64,000 nucleotides of DNA from Cyanophora paradoxa CCMP329. Its lineage: Eukaryota > Plantae > Glaucophyta. Below, one piece after another: positions 44,301 through 54,024 of the stretch. Numbering within the stretch: the first letter of the stretch is position 1; each line of letters opens with the position of its first letter. The DNA is taken from positions 1-64,000 of the forward strand of contig QPMI01000684.1 in assembly GCA_004431415.1 (NCBI GenBank), given 5' to 3'. Both the position numbers and the translations under genes were made by a program. Below the pieces are notes generated by a model. It searched no databases. It was given only the letters and a program-made list of their open reading frames with translations, and was not told the origin of the DNA.

Positions 44301-47300
44301 ATCTGTAATCTGGGCTTTTGTGTGAGTGTGATTTTGAATCCAACCTTGAACCACATTAGAGGTTGGATGATGTGGTAAATTTGCATTGCTTGTAACTGTA
44401 AGGTAATCTATTACAGTATCAGGTGAGGTTATTTTTAATCCTCTGTAAATATTCAGAGTCTGGGTATGAGTGAATCCATATTTTTGTTGAATGTAATACC
44501 TCACAGCATTCTTTTCAGAAGTTGTCAAAGCCCTATTGAAAACAATCAACTCGGAAATACCACCATTCACAATATTACCAAATCCGAAATGATTGACAGT
44601 ATTATCTGGTAGATAATTTGTTCCTACAAGTGTTTCAATATCTACTCCATTTAACCCGACTGTGTAGCTGCTGGAAGTAATTGTTTGGTCAGTGTAATAC
44701 CATGTATTTATTAAAGAAGGAACCGTAATAACTGGGCGGTTTTGGGATGCTCCATTAATAGTGAACTGGTTCATTCCAATAGCAGTAGAAGATGTTGCCC
44801 CATAATAACAATATCGTGATGGAAAGGCGCTTCTGTAAAGTCTCAAGTGAACTTGCATAGAAGAGGCAGTTGGATGATATTTTCCCACAAAGAAAAATGT
44901 AAGCCCATTTGAGAAATCAATAGTTCTTGTAGCAGAGGTATATGCATAAAAAGTGCCTGTTGGGCTTGAAACACTAACTTGGTTGTTGATTTCGGGATTG
45001 GTGTAATAGGAACTGGCTCCGGAGATAAACAAGTCTGGAACAACTGAATTCGGGACTCTGCTTACTATAGTTGTATACATTGCTGATTGACCTGGTACTC
45101 CTGATGCCTTCCAAGCAAAAATGCAGTTCGAGATATTTGATGCTGGATCAAAGCTTGGTGGGACATCATACCATTCTTCGTAAACCTGATTCATGGTATT
45201 GAAATTGCAAGAGCCAATTGTGAGGATTCCATTTACTTTCAAATTGCTGGTCTCTATATTGCTACTGTAAATATTACTATTAACTGTGAGGTTTCCTGTG
45301 ATTGTCCCACCCACAAGAGGGAGATATTTGGATAGTTCTGCTGCAAGTTCAGCTTCTGTAATAAATTGATCAAGCATAGCAAGGGTTACAAAATTAACAA
45401 GGATTACTGCAGTAAGGTAATCCTCTGTGACCACTCTCGAAATATTTTCGTTGTGTATGTTTTTTGCAGCCATCCTCTGATTGGCTTCCAGAACCCCACC
45501 ATAATCTGTTTTAATCCATGCAAGCTCTGCCCTCCCATAATTATCATTTGCAGTTCCCACTATGGGAATGTAGGAATATTTATCTCTGCTGAATACTATC
45601 ATTGGTCTTGAGCCATCTAAACTGCTTACATCTGCTACATGAACCTGTATAGCAGAGTTGTAATTTTGGTAGGTTGCTGGGTCTGTTGGGACTCTAAAAG
45701 TATCTGTGGGTATGTCAGCCTCCATGTAGCTTGACACAAAGATATTTGGTATGGTTGCTCCTGGTTCAGGTGGGGTTTCATAAGAGCCTGGTAATGTCCT
45801 AATATGAAGTGGTCCTCTCATAGCTGAATTCGCAAGTGTCCCATTCACATGAACATAGTGGTGATTCAAAAAGATCCTTTCAGGGACATTGCAAGTCTGG
45901 TAAAGAGAAACTCCCAGAGTAGCAAGAGGCTCAACTTTTGCAAATTCTGGTTGGTCATTGATCTCATCCCAGGTGTGTTCATGGTTGCTTGCTGCAAACT
46001 TATCTGGAATCCCATCAATATCACCCCAATCATGCCTGTGGTCTTCTGGTGGGTATTTCTGTGGTTTGCCTAAGATCTCATCCCAGTCATGGTTGTGATC
46101 CTCTGGTGGATATCTGGCTGGTTTATTGTTGATCTGCTCCCAATCAGGGAAGAATTCCCAAATCTCTGGGCGAAATCCATCTGGTAATAGTTCCTCATGG
46201 GGTTCATAAGGTTGCTCATAATCAACAGCTGGTGGATCATGCCCATCTGGCAAATACTCCTCATCAGGTTCATAGTTCTGCTCATACTCAAACTCTTGTG
46301 GATCTAAGCCATCTGGTAGTATCTCCTCCTCATTGGGGTCAAACTGATCATATTCATATTCTTGTGGGTCAAAACCATCTGGTAAATATTCTTCCTCATC
46401 TGGAACGAATTGATATTCATCAAGCTCTAATATATCGACTTCAGGAGGTAAATACTGCTCATCTATTTGCTTTCTGGGTTCAATTATAGGTTTATTGCGA
46501 ACTTGCTCCCAACTAACAATATGCTGCCCAAAAGCAACTGTCTCATCTGCTGTGTACTCTCTGCCTGGTTGCTTTTTCGGTGTTAAATCCGGTGGATCCC
46601 ATGGAAGAGGGAAGGGAACTGGGACAGGTCCATAATACTCAAAGATCTCTCTTATGGTCTTCTCACTTACAAGTTTCTCCCCATTTGCATACACATTGCT
46701 GCCATGGATATTTCGCCATTGCCTGGTTCTAATTCCAAGGTCTTTCACATTGCTATACAAAGGCAAAAGGTGCCTATCCATTTCGACTAAATCAGGATGT
46801 AAATGGATTGCTACTGGTTGACTGGGGCTACTGTTGATTGTAATTGATGGCTTTTTTTGATGGACATCTTTTGGAGTAAAGAACCCAAAAGGCTCATTCC
46901 TTGCAAAGTCATATGTAATATCCTTGGGGTAGACATCATTTGTGTAGGAGACCTGATTTGTATTGGCAATGGGACCCACTTGCAATACTTGGGGGACCTC
47001 AGCTTTTGCAGTGCTGCCCTCATTGTAAATTCGCAAAGCTGTGTTCTGTTTGCCCTGCTCATCTTGAACATTGAAAATCAATCGACCACTATCAAACCTG
47101 GAAGGTATATCTGGGTGAGTGCCACTGGTTTTTAGTTTCCTAGGTCTCCTTCTTGTTGCTTTGATCTCTGCCACTTGGTTTGCTTTCACATTACCCAAAC
47201 TAAAGGCTACACTGACATCCTCTTTATCTGGATCGGTTTGATTCACAGATAAAGCATGCTCCCTTGATTGAGTCTTTGATGAATTATCAGAGCTGTGGTC

Positions 47301-47408
47301 AATTGAAACTGAACCCTTTACTTTAATATTATCAAAGTTCACATGCTTGGTGCTGCTTGCATTATCATCTTGAATGGTTTCTAGATTTGGTGGGTAATTG
47401 AAGCTCAT
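41388..47408 (-). CDS. 2006-aa tail-fibre-like protein with C-terminal intramolecular chaperone (peptidase S74)
   Basis: The C-terminus reads SDIRYKTDIKKI...GLIAQDVEKVIPEVV...YTGLIPVLIEAVKEL. Other elements are HTH/HxHxW phage tail repeats, YLPL.GGT motifs, a LamG-like block (GGISELIVFNRALT..E) and acidic E.LPDG.DP repeats. Confidence 0.88.
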   Translation of the reverse strand: MSFNYPPNLETIQDDNASSTKHVNFDNIKVKGSVSIDHSSDNSSKTQSREHALSVNQTDPDKEDVSVAFSLGNVKANQVAEIKATRRRPRKLKTSGTHPDIPSRFDSGRLIFNVQDEQGKQNTALRIYNEGSTAKAEVPQVLQVGPIANTNQVSYTNDVYPKDITYDFARNEPFGFFTPKDVHQKKPSITINSSPSQPVAIHLHPDLVEMDRHLLPLYSNVKDLGIRTRQWRNIHGSNVYANGEKLVSEKTIREIFEYYGPVPVPFPLPWDPPDLTPKKQPGREYTADETVAFGQHIVSWEQVRNKPIIEPRKQIDEQYLPPEVDILELDEYQFVPDEEEYLPDGFDPQEYEYDQFDPNEEEILPDGLDPQEFEYEQNYEPDEEYLPDGHDPPAVDYEQPYEPHEELLPDGFRPEIWEFFPDWEQINNKPARYPPEDHNHDWDEILGKPQKYPPEDHRHDWGDIDGIPDKFAASNHEHTWDEINDQPEFAKVEPLATLGVSLYQTCNVPERIFLNHHYVHVNGTLANSAMRGPLHIRTLPGSYETPPEPGATIPNIFVSSYMEADIPTDTFRVPTDPATYQNYNSAIQVHVADVSSLDGSRPMIVFSRDKYSYIPIVGTANDNYGRAELAWIKTDYGGVLEANQRMAAKNIHNENISRVVTEDYLTAVILVNFVTLAMLDQFITEAELAAELSKYLPLVGGTITGNLTVNSNIYSSNIETSNLKVNGILTIGSCNFNTMNQVYEEWYDVPPSFDPASNISNCIFAWKASGVPGQSAMYTTIVSRVPNSVVPDLFISGASSYYTNPEINNQVSVSSPTGTFYAYTSATRTIDFSNGLTFFFVGKYHPTASSMQVHLRLYRSAFPSRYCYYGATSSTAIGMNQFTINGASQNRPVITVPSLINTWYYTDQTITSSSYTVGLNGVDIETLVGTNYLPDNTVNHFGFGNIVNGGISELIVFNRALTTSEKNAVRYYIQQKYGFTHTQTLNIYRGLKITSPDTVIDYLTVTSNANLPHHPTSNVVQGWIQNHTHTKAQITDFAHTHTKDQITDFAHTHTKDQITDFAHTHTKDQITDFAHTHTKDQITDFAHTHTKDQITDFAHTHTKDQITDFAHTHTKDQITDFAHTHTKDQITDFAHTHLWEHITNPPLTFPPDSHTHDYSTITNSNHRHPWSQIDEQPTFASSGNILTDFTNGVSLYQSNTIPERLQLNDYYVNRKGIDAGTTMEGELYIKQPTRIQMISAGGVGVIDTKPGIFLTSYYNEDITLTSGLPPLPSDPAAYDDKDAIMQVNVTDVSATDGSRPKIIFSRSKFNYVPLVGQPSDNYGKCEMSWIKTLAGGALEVNQRMAAKNLHNETLSGVVTDDYLENKDYVTNTELQLALTDVVTDNELTAALGNYLPLTGGTVNGTVNATTLQIGGTTIPKGYDFDQLDVISTDRSPNNWTVTWASRTGQNGCHTTPQNDEDCSGCWMRWLIPTGMKSFYIQHMPWYNCRYFDIYGQTVNGYQHFLKRVNAYQGIQQVNQDGTHNTILFVSINCEFYKYIYVQGRKGRIHLTGVFGWSRQRATDNELGMISWDNVFSKPSFYSAADLPQTATWATNTWLKSVDAVERIWFGNGDCTYIRGRPNGDGVSIEFRDSADGAILKSYNNGNFWVKNTITAPTINATTDLQINGNAVPKFHTADKTVGGIEFNRCSEGWTWAWSSAWDPHYNYGSYVHNNQTDDQTSTAWIDFDIPDGYHKGTAFLTYLPWTNSRIFEIWGLNRQGNEVFITSVNSYQPYSTSPDGNHSGINNVPIHLGNRFLTIRIRPKIGRVHIMGISYMKIWVGNSYGGHTGYIHWNNVYSKPNILTGTVGTWFNSSDGYNRIHFGNQTSTYLKGGGDIPLVFRNEQDTDICYMYHGGWMWIGGYLTQGSDIRYKTDIKKISGALSAIEKLEGVSFKRIGSEKDGTKLGLIAQDVEKVIPEVVNVKKDDGYLSLEYTGLIPVLIEAVKELSQKCKDQQDQIDQIKNVKV
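43998..44330 (-). repeat. 36-bp coding tandem repeat, about 9 copies (AHTHTKDQITDF)
   Basis: Directly visible repeat of GTGTGAGTATGGGC(G/A)AAATCTGT..., in frame within the fibre gene. Confidence 0.95.
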
Positions 47409-47451
47409 GGCTTTTACTATATGGATTTATAAAATTCCTGATAAGTAAAAG

Positions 47452-49008
47452 ATGCCCTTGAAAATCTGCCTGTCTTTATCAGGGGGAGGTGCAAGGGGCA
47501 TTATCATAACCAGGCTGCTAAAAGAAATCGAAAATCGAACTGGCAGGAGAATAATCGATCTTGTGGATCTTGTGAGTGGAACTTCCACTGGTGGGATCAT
47601 TGCAATAGGTTTGAATATAAGGCATCCTGATAAACCAGGTGAACCTAAACTCACAGCAAACGATTTACACAACATTTACCTAGCCCAACTGCCCTTGATT
47701 TTTGCAAATCCTCGAAATATCATCGAAAATGCCCTTTTTAATACAAAATATGATGTGGGACCCTTGGAGACTGCAATCAATTCAGTTACTGGTGAATCAC
47801 TAATACAGGATTCCCTAAAGGACATTGTGATTACATCCTTTGATACTCAGAATATGAAACCAATATTTATCACAAATGACAACAACTACAACTTTATGCC
47901 TTGTAAGATTGCTGCTAGGGCTACTTCTGCTGCTCCTACATATTTCTCTCCTGTAAGCATTGTTGATTTCAATCGGGGAGTATTTGTCTGTCTCATTGAT
48001 GGTGCCATTTCTGGAAACAATAATCCCAGTGTGTGTGGTTACAGCCATGCAAAGAAAATTTACAGTGATGATGATGATATTATAGTAATAAGTATATCTT
48101 GTGGAGAGGTGGACCCACATTTAGAGTCTGATTATGTGGGTTATGCTTATGAGACTGTCAACAGCTGGGGCATTCTCTCATGGATTGCCTCAACAGATGG
48201 AAGCCCATTGATTAACATGCTCATGGCTGCAAGTGAGCTTTCTGCCCTTGATAAGATGGAGGAGTTGTTACCCTACAACTATGATCAGGATTATGGGAGA
48301 TACTATAGGCTATCAGTCCCACTTCCAAATCATATAGTAAGCTCCCTGGATGACACTTCTAAAATCCCAGACATGCTTGCATTCACTGAAACATACATTG
48401 CAGCAAACAATGATATGATCAATAAGCTTTGCAGCCTTCTAGTAGCAAACTACGAACTTAAGAACCCTACAAAGGCTTACATCTCATCCACTCTCACTAC
48501 ATCACCTCCTTTGGATGCTAATTGGTATCAGCTTGCAGATGATGCCTTTACTGCCTCATCCTCTGTGACAGGTAAAGAGCCTTTCATGGCTAGACCTTCA
48601 GCATTTGGCTGGGAAGCTGGAGCCTTTGCTCCTGAACAGATATGGGAAACCCCCACTGAATACCTTCAAGTTGCTTTCCCATATACTTTTGAACTCTCTT
48701 CTGTGATTGCCTATGGATCAGGGGACACCAATGCTTTTATTAAGACTTTCAATGTGGCAACATCCACTGATGGGATCAACTGGTCTTTTATTCGATCAGA
48801 TGGGCAGAACAAAATATATGTCTGTGAGAACATTAACAATGCTCACAACTCTGGTGATGTGGCTCTATTGAGTGGATTTCCTCTCAGCATCAAGGATGCT
48901 TTTTACATAGGTTTCTCTCTCAGAATTAAATATATTCGCATTTATCCCCTTGTGTATGTGAATGCTCCCACAATGAGAGTTGATTTCACAGGTGCCTTTA
49001 TTCGATAA
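47452..49008 (+). CDS. Patatin-like phospholipase fused to a C-terminal F5/8 type C (discoidin)-like domain
   Basis: Patatin motifs GGGARG, GTSTG, ATSAAPTYF and LIDGA. The C-terminus has FTASS...EYLQV.F...S.DG.NW...KYIRIYP...MRVD. Confidence 0.88.
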   Translation: MPLKICLSLSGGGARGIIITRLLKEIENRTGRRIIDLVDLVSGTSTGGIIAIGLNIRHPDKPGEPKLTANDLHNIYLAQLPLIFANPRNIIENALFNTKYDVGPLETAINSVTGESLIQDSLKDIVITSFDTQNMKPIFITNDNNYNFMPCKIAARATSAAPTYFSPVSIVDFNRGVFVCLIDGAISGNNNPSVCGYSHAKKIYSDDDDIIVISISCGEVDPHLESDYVGYAYETVNSWGILSWIASTDGSPLINMLMAASELSALDKMEELLPYNYDQDYGRYYRLSVPLPNHIVSSLDDTSKIPDMLAFTETYIAANNDMINKLCSLLVANYELKNPTKAYISSTLTTSPPLDANWYQLADDAFTASSSVTGKEPFMARPSAFGWEAGAFAPEQIWETPTEYLQVAFPYTFELSSVIAYGSGDTNAFIKTFNVATSTDGINWSFIRSDGQNKIYVCENINNAHNSGDVALLSGFPLSIKDAFYIGFSLRIKYIRIYPLVYVNAPTMRVDFTGAFIR

Positions 49009-49930
49009 ACTCCAACTGAAAAGAATTATCGATTCCATTCATATCAATCAGTTCACCAAAGTAATCTTTAAACTCAACTGTGAGTTCCCTTATCACCAGG
49101 TTTCTGTCATTGATTTGAATAAATTCTGCATGTTCACCACTATGGTAAACATAGCCACCTATATCTTTACTCAATTGTAATCTAAGGATAGCTCCCTGGT
49201 TTTGTGGTTGCGATTTCGGAATTATATTGTGTCTACTTGCAAAGGGGGCAAGCTCTTTAATATGCATGTACAGATACTGCTCAGCATTCATATCAGACAT
49301 CTTATTACTGGTGAAATAATACTGCAAGGGCTTTGAGGAGAGTCTGGGTCCTGAGAAGGTGATTCCCCATGCTGGGTGATCAGGTGTAATAGGTTTGCCA
49401 TCATACTTTAAAAGGTTCTCAGGTCGATATGGAGATCCACCAACAGGAGGAGTGCTATAATACCCAGTGGTGTATTCAGTAGAACTTACACCCAAAAGCT
49501 TCCCTATTCGCTTGTTGCTTGCAATAAAACGGAACTCATGGTTACTGTAAAACTCCACTTTATAGGTAGTTGGATTGTAGAATATCTTGAACTCAAAAAA
49601 CACAGTTTTATCTGCAATGGTTTTGAAGCTTGAATAGTTCAGCCCATAATTATAGGGATGTGTGACCCCAAAATGACCCTGGTTAATGTAGCCACTGGGA
49701 AGGGGATACACTTTCTGTGTGATGATTTCATTGTATGAACCATCTTGGTAGTTAAAATCAACTGTTAAATGATCAGTTCCCACACTGTTATAGATACTGT
49801 TTGGAATCTCTGCATATAGAACCCTGCATTCCCTTGGTCTCTCTACTGGAGTTGTGAGAGTGACCCTGTAAGAGTTTTCATTTTGTCCTTGGCTTCTATC
49901 CCTGCTATCAATATTAACAAGTCGATTCAT
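48998..49930 (-). CDS. Minor capsid (penton)-like protein 1
   Basis: The N-terminal VNIDSRDR...Y...L...EIPNS.YN and C-terminal ELTVEFKD..GELIDMNG...SF.LE are typical of PLV/NCLDV single-jelly-roll minor capsid proteins. Confidence 0.75.
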   Translation of the reverse strand: MNRLVNIDSRDRSQGQNENSYRVTLTTPVERPRECRVLYAEIPNSIYNSVGTDHLTVDFNYQDGSYNEIITQKVYPLPSGYINQGHFGVTHPYNYGLNYSSFKTIADKTVFFEFKIFYNPTTYKVEFYSNHEFRFIASNKRIGKLLGVSSTEYTTGYYSTPPVGGSPYRPENLLKYDGKPITPDHPAWGITFSGPRLSSKPLQYYFTSNKMSDMNAEQYLYMHIKELAPFASRHNIIPKSQPQNQGAILRLQLSKDIGGYVYHSGEHAEFIQINDRNLVIRELTVEFKDYFGELIDMNGIDNSFQLEFIE

Positions 49931-49959
49931 TTTAATATATAAATATAGATAAAAGAAGA

Positions 49960-50970
49960 ATGCCTGTGGATTACATCGAGGTTAGCTCATTTAATACAAT
50001 CTCTGGTGATGGTCCCACATCAAGCTTTGTGGCTAGACTCCCCAGTAGTTATGAGAATGTGAGGGCTGTAAGACTGGTATCAGCCGAATTTTATAACAGC
50101 ATCCCTATGGTGAGTGGGGAAACCAAAGTAGGAGATGTAACAATCGACAATTCATTTAGTATTTACTATTCTGAAGAACTTGCAGGAGCTGGAATTGATG
50201 GTATCCCCACAGTTCGCCCAGCTGAGGACTTTGAACAGTGGAAACAAATCATTATAAGTCGCAAAGCCCCCATCCAAAGCCACCAACAACTGGTGAATGT
50301 TATTAATGAAAAGTTCGATTTAAAAAATCCTAAACCATCTCTTCGCTGCAAATGGGATGAGTCACTGAAACGAATAGTATTCCATTCCGAAAAAAAGTTT
50401 TACCTGGCTTTCTCACTTGCTGTAAATCCAAACCTGCAAACAATTCAAAAGCTATTGAGTTCAGGTAGACTGCTTGGTCTTGATCCTGGAAGATATGGCA
50501 ATTCCTCAATCCAATCACAAGTTTATGATGCTCTCACTGATGGTATCTTTACTGGAACTCGAGTGAACGGTATTCTATCTTCATTTGAGCCTGAAAAGAC
50601 CAGAGATAGTGTTTTGTTTGTGAGAGTAAAGGAGCTGGGTGATCTGGTGCAATGTGGGGATGGTCTTCTGACTGGTTACTTCCATAAAATAGTGGTCCCT
50701 GACAAAGATTATGGTGAGCATGTAGTTTACAATTCGACAGAGGCTCATCCACTTTATAAATACTATAATAAGAAGGTTGGATTATCCACTTTCTCGGTTG
50801 ATATTGTAAATGCTATTAATGAACCAATTGATTTTGAGGGTCAACCTGTTCATCTGACCTTTGAAATTCGCTATGGTGATGAGCCAGCAGGCGACCCTGT
50901 TTATGAATACTTTAAGATGCGAATGTCACAGCTTCACCCTTCCTATCCAGTTATTACAAGCTTCGCATAA
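49960..50970 (+). CDS. Minor capsid (penton)-like protein 2
   Basis: SSFVARLP..YENVRAVRLVSAEF at the N-terminus and FSVDIVN..NEPIDFEG....LTFEI at the C-terminus. It lies directly upstream of the MCP. Confidence 0.7.
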   Translation: MPVDYIEVSSFNTISGDGPTSSFVARLPSSYENVRAVRLVSAEFYNSIPMVSGETKVGDVTIDNSFSIYYSEELAGAGIDGIPTVRPAEDFEQWKQIIISRKAPIQSHQQLVNVINEKFDLKNPKPSLRCKWDESLKRIVFHSEKKFYLAFSLAVNPNLQTIQKLLSSGRLLGLDPGRYGNSSIQSQVYDALTDGIFTGTRVNGILSSFEPEKTRDSVLFVRVKELGDLVQCGDGLLTGYFHKIVVPDKDYGEHVVYNSTEAHPLYKYYNKKVGLSTFSVDIVNAINEPIDFEGQPVHLTFEIRYGDEPAGDPVYEYFKMRMSQLHPSYPVITSFA

Positions 50971-51023
50971 ATTAAGGATCATTGGTAGATTTTTTATGTT
51001 GCAGTATAATAAAAGAGAATATA

Positions 51024-52391
51024 ATGGATATCACTTCCACTCTTCAAAGACTTTCGCTGAAAGAAGCCCTAACAACCCCAGAGGAGGCGAAAGCCTTTTT
51101 CTTGGATAACTCCCTTATGCTTGGTCTCGAATCCAAGTCTAAGCCAGTTCTAGTTGTTGTGAATCCCAGCAATACTTTTGAGAATAATGTAGGAAATCGC
51201 ATTTCCTTCAAGCTACCTCGCTACAATTTCTGTGGAAAACTCGAACTTGCTTTCGACCTTCCAGCCATCACTTTTGCTGGTGATACGGACCTTGTTCGCA
51301 ATGGATACACTCGCCCTGTTGGTGCTTTAGTTCAGCGACTTGAAATTACCTATGGATCTTACACCTACCACATTCCTTCTGATTTCCTTGCTCATTTCCC
51401 CCTGGTCTATTATTCGGAGGATCAACTAGCTAAAAAGAAACGCTCAATGGGCATGGTTCATGGTATCCCTGCTCATGGAACCAACCGACTTGGTGGCTCA
51501 TTTTTCGTTGAAATCCCTGTGCCTTGGCTAAATCACTATCTTCCCCTTGGTGCTTTATCTGGTGAAATGGTTGTTACTGTTTGGTTTAAGGATGCTGATA
51601 AGGGTTATGTTGAAACTTCCTATGGTGGTCGTGAACTCACAACTGCTGTTGGAACTGTTGATGCAACTGCTGATGATGGTCTTGGAAACTTTACAGATGG
51701 AACCCTTGCCCATGTTGGTCAAAATATCACAACTTTCAGTCTTGGTGCAACAACCCCTGTCATTTCTATTACTTCTCCTCGCCTTTACATGCATGCTATT
51801 AATGTTTCTGATGAGCTTTTCGCTACTGTAATTGAAAAAGTAAAGACTACTGGCATGGCTATTCCTGCTCTAGACATTGGATTTGTAGATGCTAGTGCTT
51901 TCCCTGCCAAGGGCAATGCCCAACCCAATCGAATTAACCTCTCTCAAATCTCAGGTCTTGTATATGCTCTGCTTGTTTCAGTTCGTGATAATGCAACTGT
52001 TGATAAATCCAATGGCTCCCACAGTGTTCTTAAGACCTATGCCAACTCCAAAGACATAACATTCACAACTGAAATAAATGGACAGCGACTTTTTGCCACT
52101 GAGCCAATTTCCCTACTCAAAGGTGCTGAGCTAATTGCTGATGCCTTCAAATGCTCTAACATGGACAAGGTTGCTGATCGCTATGTCCTTTCAGGACTCC
52201 CATTCTGCCTTGATGGAGAAAAGGCAATTCGAAATATTGCCCAGTCTGGTTATGTTGATTTAACAAATTCCTCTTCTTCCTTCCTCACCCTCTACATGCC
52301 TTCAGATAAGGTAATCGATGTTAATGTTCGCGCTCTCATGCATTCGTTCATAATTGTAGACAAAGATGGATTACGTCGTATAAATTTGTAG
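51024..52391 (+). CDS. Major capsid protein (double jelly-roll, PLV-type)
   Basis: A 455-aa beta-rich protein with ISFKLPR...L.L.FDLP, LVQRLEI..G and FVEIPVPW...LPLGAL motifs. It lies between the minor capsid and ATPase genes. Confidence 0.72.
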   Translation: MDITSTLQRLSLKEALTTPEEAKAFFLDNSLMLGLESKSKPVLVVVNPSNTFENNVGNRISFKLPRYNFCGKLELAFDLPAITFAGDTDLVRNGYTRPVGALVQRLEITYGSYTYHIPSDFLAHFPLVYYSEDQLAKKKRSMGMVHGIPAHGTNRLGGSFFVEIPVPWLNHYLPLGALSGEMVVTVWFKDADKGYVETSYGGRELTTAVGTVDATADDGLGNFTDGTLAHVGQNITTFSLGATTPVISITSPRLYMHAINVSDELFATVIEKVKTTGMAIPALDIGFVDASAFPAKGNAQPNRINLSQISGLVYALLVSVRDNATVDKSNGSHSVLKTYANSKDITFTTEINGQRLFATEPISLLKGAELIADAFKCSNMDKVADRYVLSGLPFCLDGEKAIRNIAQSGYVDLTNSSSSFLTLYMPSDKVIDVNVRALMHSFIIVDKDGLRRINL

Positions 52392-52456
52392 ATTGTTACG
52401 ATTTTCAGTCTCCCTGCATTATTTTTATCTGTCTTTATGTAGAAAGATATACAACA

Positions 52457-53239
52457 ATGAATGATCTGGAAGAATTTAATGCTGGTGAAATGATAGAACC
52501 ACCATTTCGTGTATTGGCAATCGGGAAATCAGCCACTGGTAAATCAGAAGCTGTAAAGTATTGGTTAAAGCAGTTACATGATGCCAAAAAGATTGATGTT
52601 GTTTTAGTTGTGAGTGGAACCAGCTTCAATCATTTCTGGGATAAAGTGGCAACACTGCAACTGGGAAAATGGGATGCCCCTTACATTGCTAAATTGCTAG
52701 ATGAGAGGCAAGAGAAAATAGAAAAGGGTGAGCCTGTTAACCAGTTATGTGTAGTTTTAGATGATTTAATCGATAATGAGATAGTCGATCTCACAAGGGA
52801 TAAAATAATCGGATCTCTGTATTCCAGAGGTCGCCATTCGAAAATATCCATTATCTGCATCACACAAAAGCTAAGGAAAGTCTCGTCGACTATTCGAGTT
52901 AATTCTGACTATGCTATGTTTCTCAGTGCTGCTAATCGCAAAGAACTTGAAGCCATAGAGGAAGAATACAATATAATGCGAAATAAAGAGGATTTCTACA
53001 AGATGTTTGAAGAGTATGTTCACTCCTATCAATATATCATTTGGTCCTCTGCAAACTACTCAGTTAAATACTATGTAGATAAAGCTGAGCTTGTGAAAGA
53101 TTTCCCATTTCCTCGCTTCCACAGGAAGCCAAAAAAGAAAGAGGATGAACTGAAACCACCAGAAAAAGAGGAAGCCCCCAAAGAAGTGAAAAGCCAAGTC
53201 CATAGCAATAAATTGATGCGATATAAACGCGGTTTATAA
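52457..53239 (+). CDS. A32-like (FtsK/HerA) genome-packaging ATPase
   Basis: Walker A GKSATGKS, Walker B VVLDD, and the RGRH..ISII..TQ and IRVN motifs. Confidence 0.93.
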   Translation: MNDLEEFNAGEMIEPPFRVLAIGKSATGKSEAVKYWLKQLHDAKKIDVVLVVSGTSFNHFWDKVATLQLGKWDAPYIAKLLDERQEKIEKGEPVNQLCVVLDDLIDNEIVDLTRDKIIGSLYSRGRHSKISIICITQKLRKVSSTIRVNSDYAMFLSAANRKELEAIEEEYNIMRNKEDFYKMFEEYVHSYQYIIWSSANYSVKYYVDKAELVKDFPFPRFHRKPKKKEDELKPPEKEEAPKEVKSQVHSNKLMRYKRGL

Positions 53240-53267
53240 AATTATCTCTCATTCTAATAAAGATACA

Positions 53268-54002
53268 ATGCCTCCCAAACGAAAAATAGGGATCCCTGCT
53301 GGGGCTGTTGGCTATTCAGGTGGTGGAAACAATGGATCCATTAACACAGACCCACTGAAATTCAATGGTATGAATGAAGTGAAGCCCTCTCAACAACAAG
53401 AAGACCCCCTCAATGCTGCCTATGAGGAATCATTTGATGACAAAGCCCCACAGGCTTCAACCAGTGACCAACTCAACATTTCACCTGAAGCCTCAAAGAT
53501 GAAGGCTGTTGCTGAGGGAGCCAGGCGAATTATTGGTGCTGCTGATGATAAAGGTTTAGGCTTGCAAGATCTATCACTGGCTCGCAAAGGTGAAGGTCTA
53601 AGTAAAGAATCAGACAAGGTTATTCAGTCTATGGCTGGTGAAGTCACATACAAGACTGCTCCCACTCAAAATATTCATCGAATTCCCAAGGCTCAATGGG
53701 ATGAGATGACTGCTAAACTCAAAGACCTGGAAGCCAAATCAAGTGCCTTGGAGCAGTATGTTACTGAGAAGAAAGAGAGAGCCAAGCTAAAGGAGATGCT
53801 TCGAAAGGAAGTTTATAAAATGGGAATCACTGGTGTCCCGGATAAACAGTTTATTGCTAAGAAAGAGAACCAAATCGATGAGCAGGCAGTAGATGAAATG
53901 AAAACAAAGACCCAAAAGGGAACCATTGAACCTGGTGCCACCAAAGCTGAAGTAGAAAAGGGAGTTGCCCCAACAGTATATAAAAGACGAGTTTGGCTTT
54001 AA
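53268..54002 (+). CDS. Hypothetical charged or coiled-coil protein (possible core protein)
   Basis: A 244-aa ATG ORF with an N-terminal PPKRK, co-oriented after the ATPase. Confidence 0.6.
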   Translation: MPPKRKIGIPAGAVGYSGGGNNGSINTDPLKFNGMNEVKPSQQQEDPLNAAYEESFDDKAPQASTSDQLNISPEASKMKAVAEGARRIIGAADDKGLGLQDLSLARKGEGLSKESDKVIQSMAGEVTYKTAPTQNIHRIPKAQWDEMTAKLKDLEAKSSALEQYVTEKKERAKLKEMLRKEVYKMGITGVPDKQFIAKKENQIDEQAVDEMKTKTQKGTIEPGATKAEVEKGVAPTVYKRRVWL

Positions 54003-54024
54003 TTATCTCTGTTTTATTAGAGAT

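Noticed and set aside
43998-44330. 36-bp repeats as a CRISPR array
   Set aside because: The units are contiguous with no unique spacers and translate in frame within the fibre gene. No cas genes are present.
42000-45900. Diversity-generating retroelement (template and variable repeats) in the fibre gene
   Set aside because: The duplicated blocks differ at all base types and both are coding. The virus encodes no reverse transcriptase.
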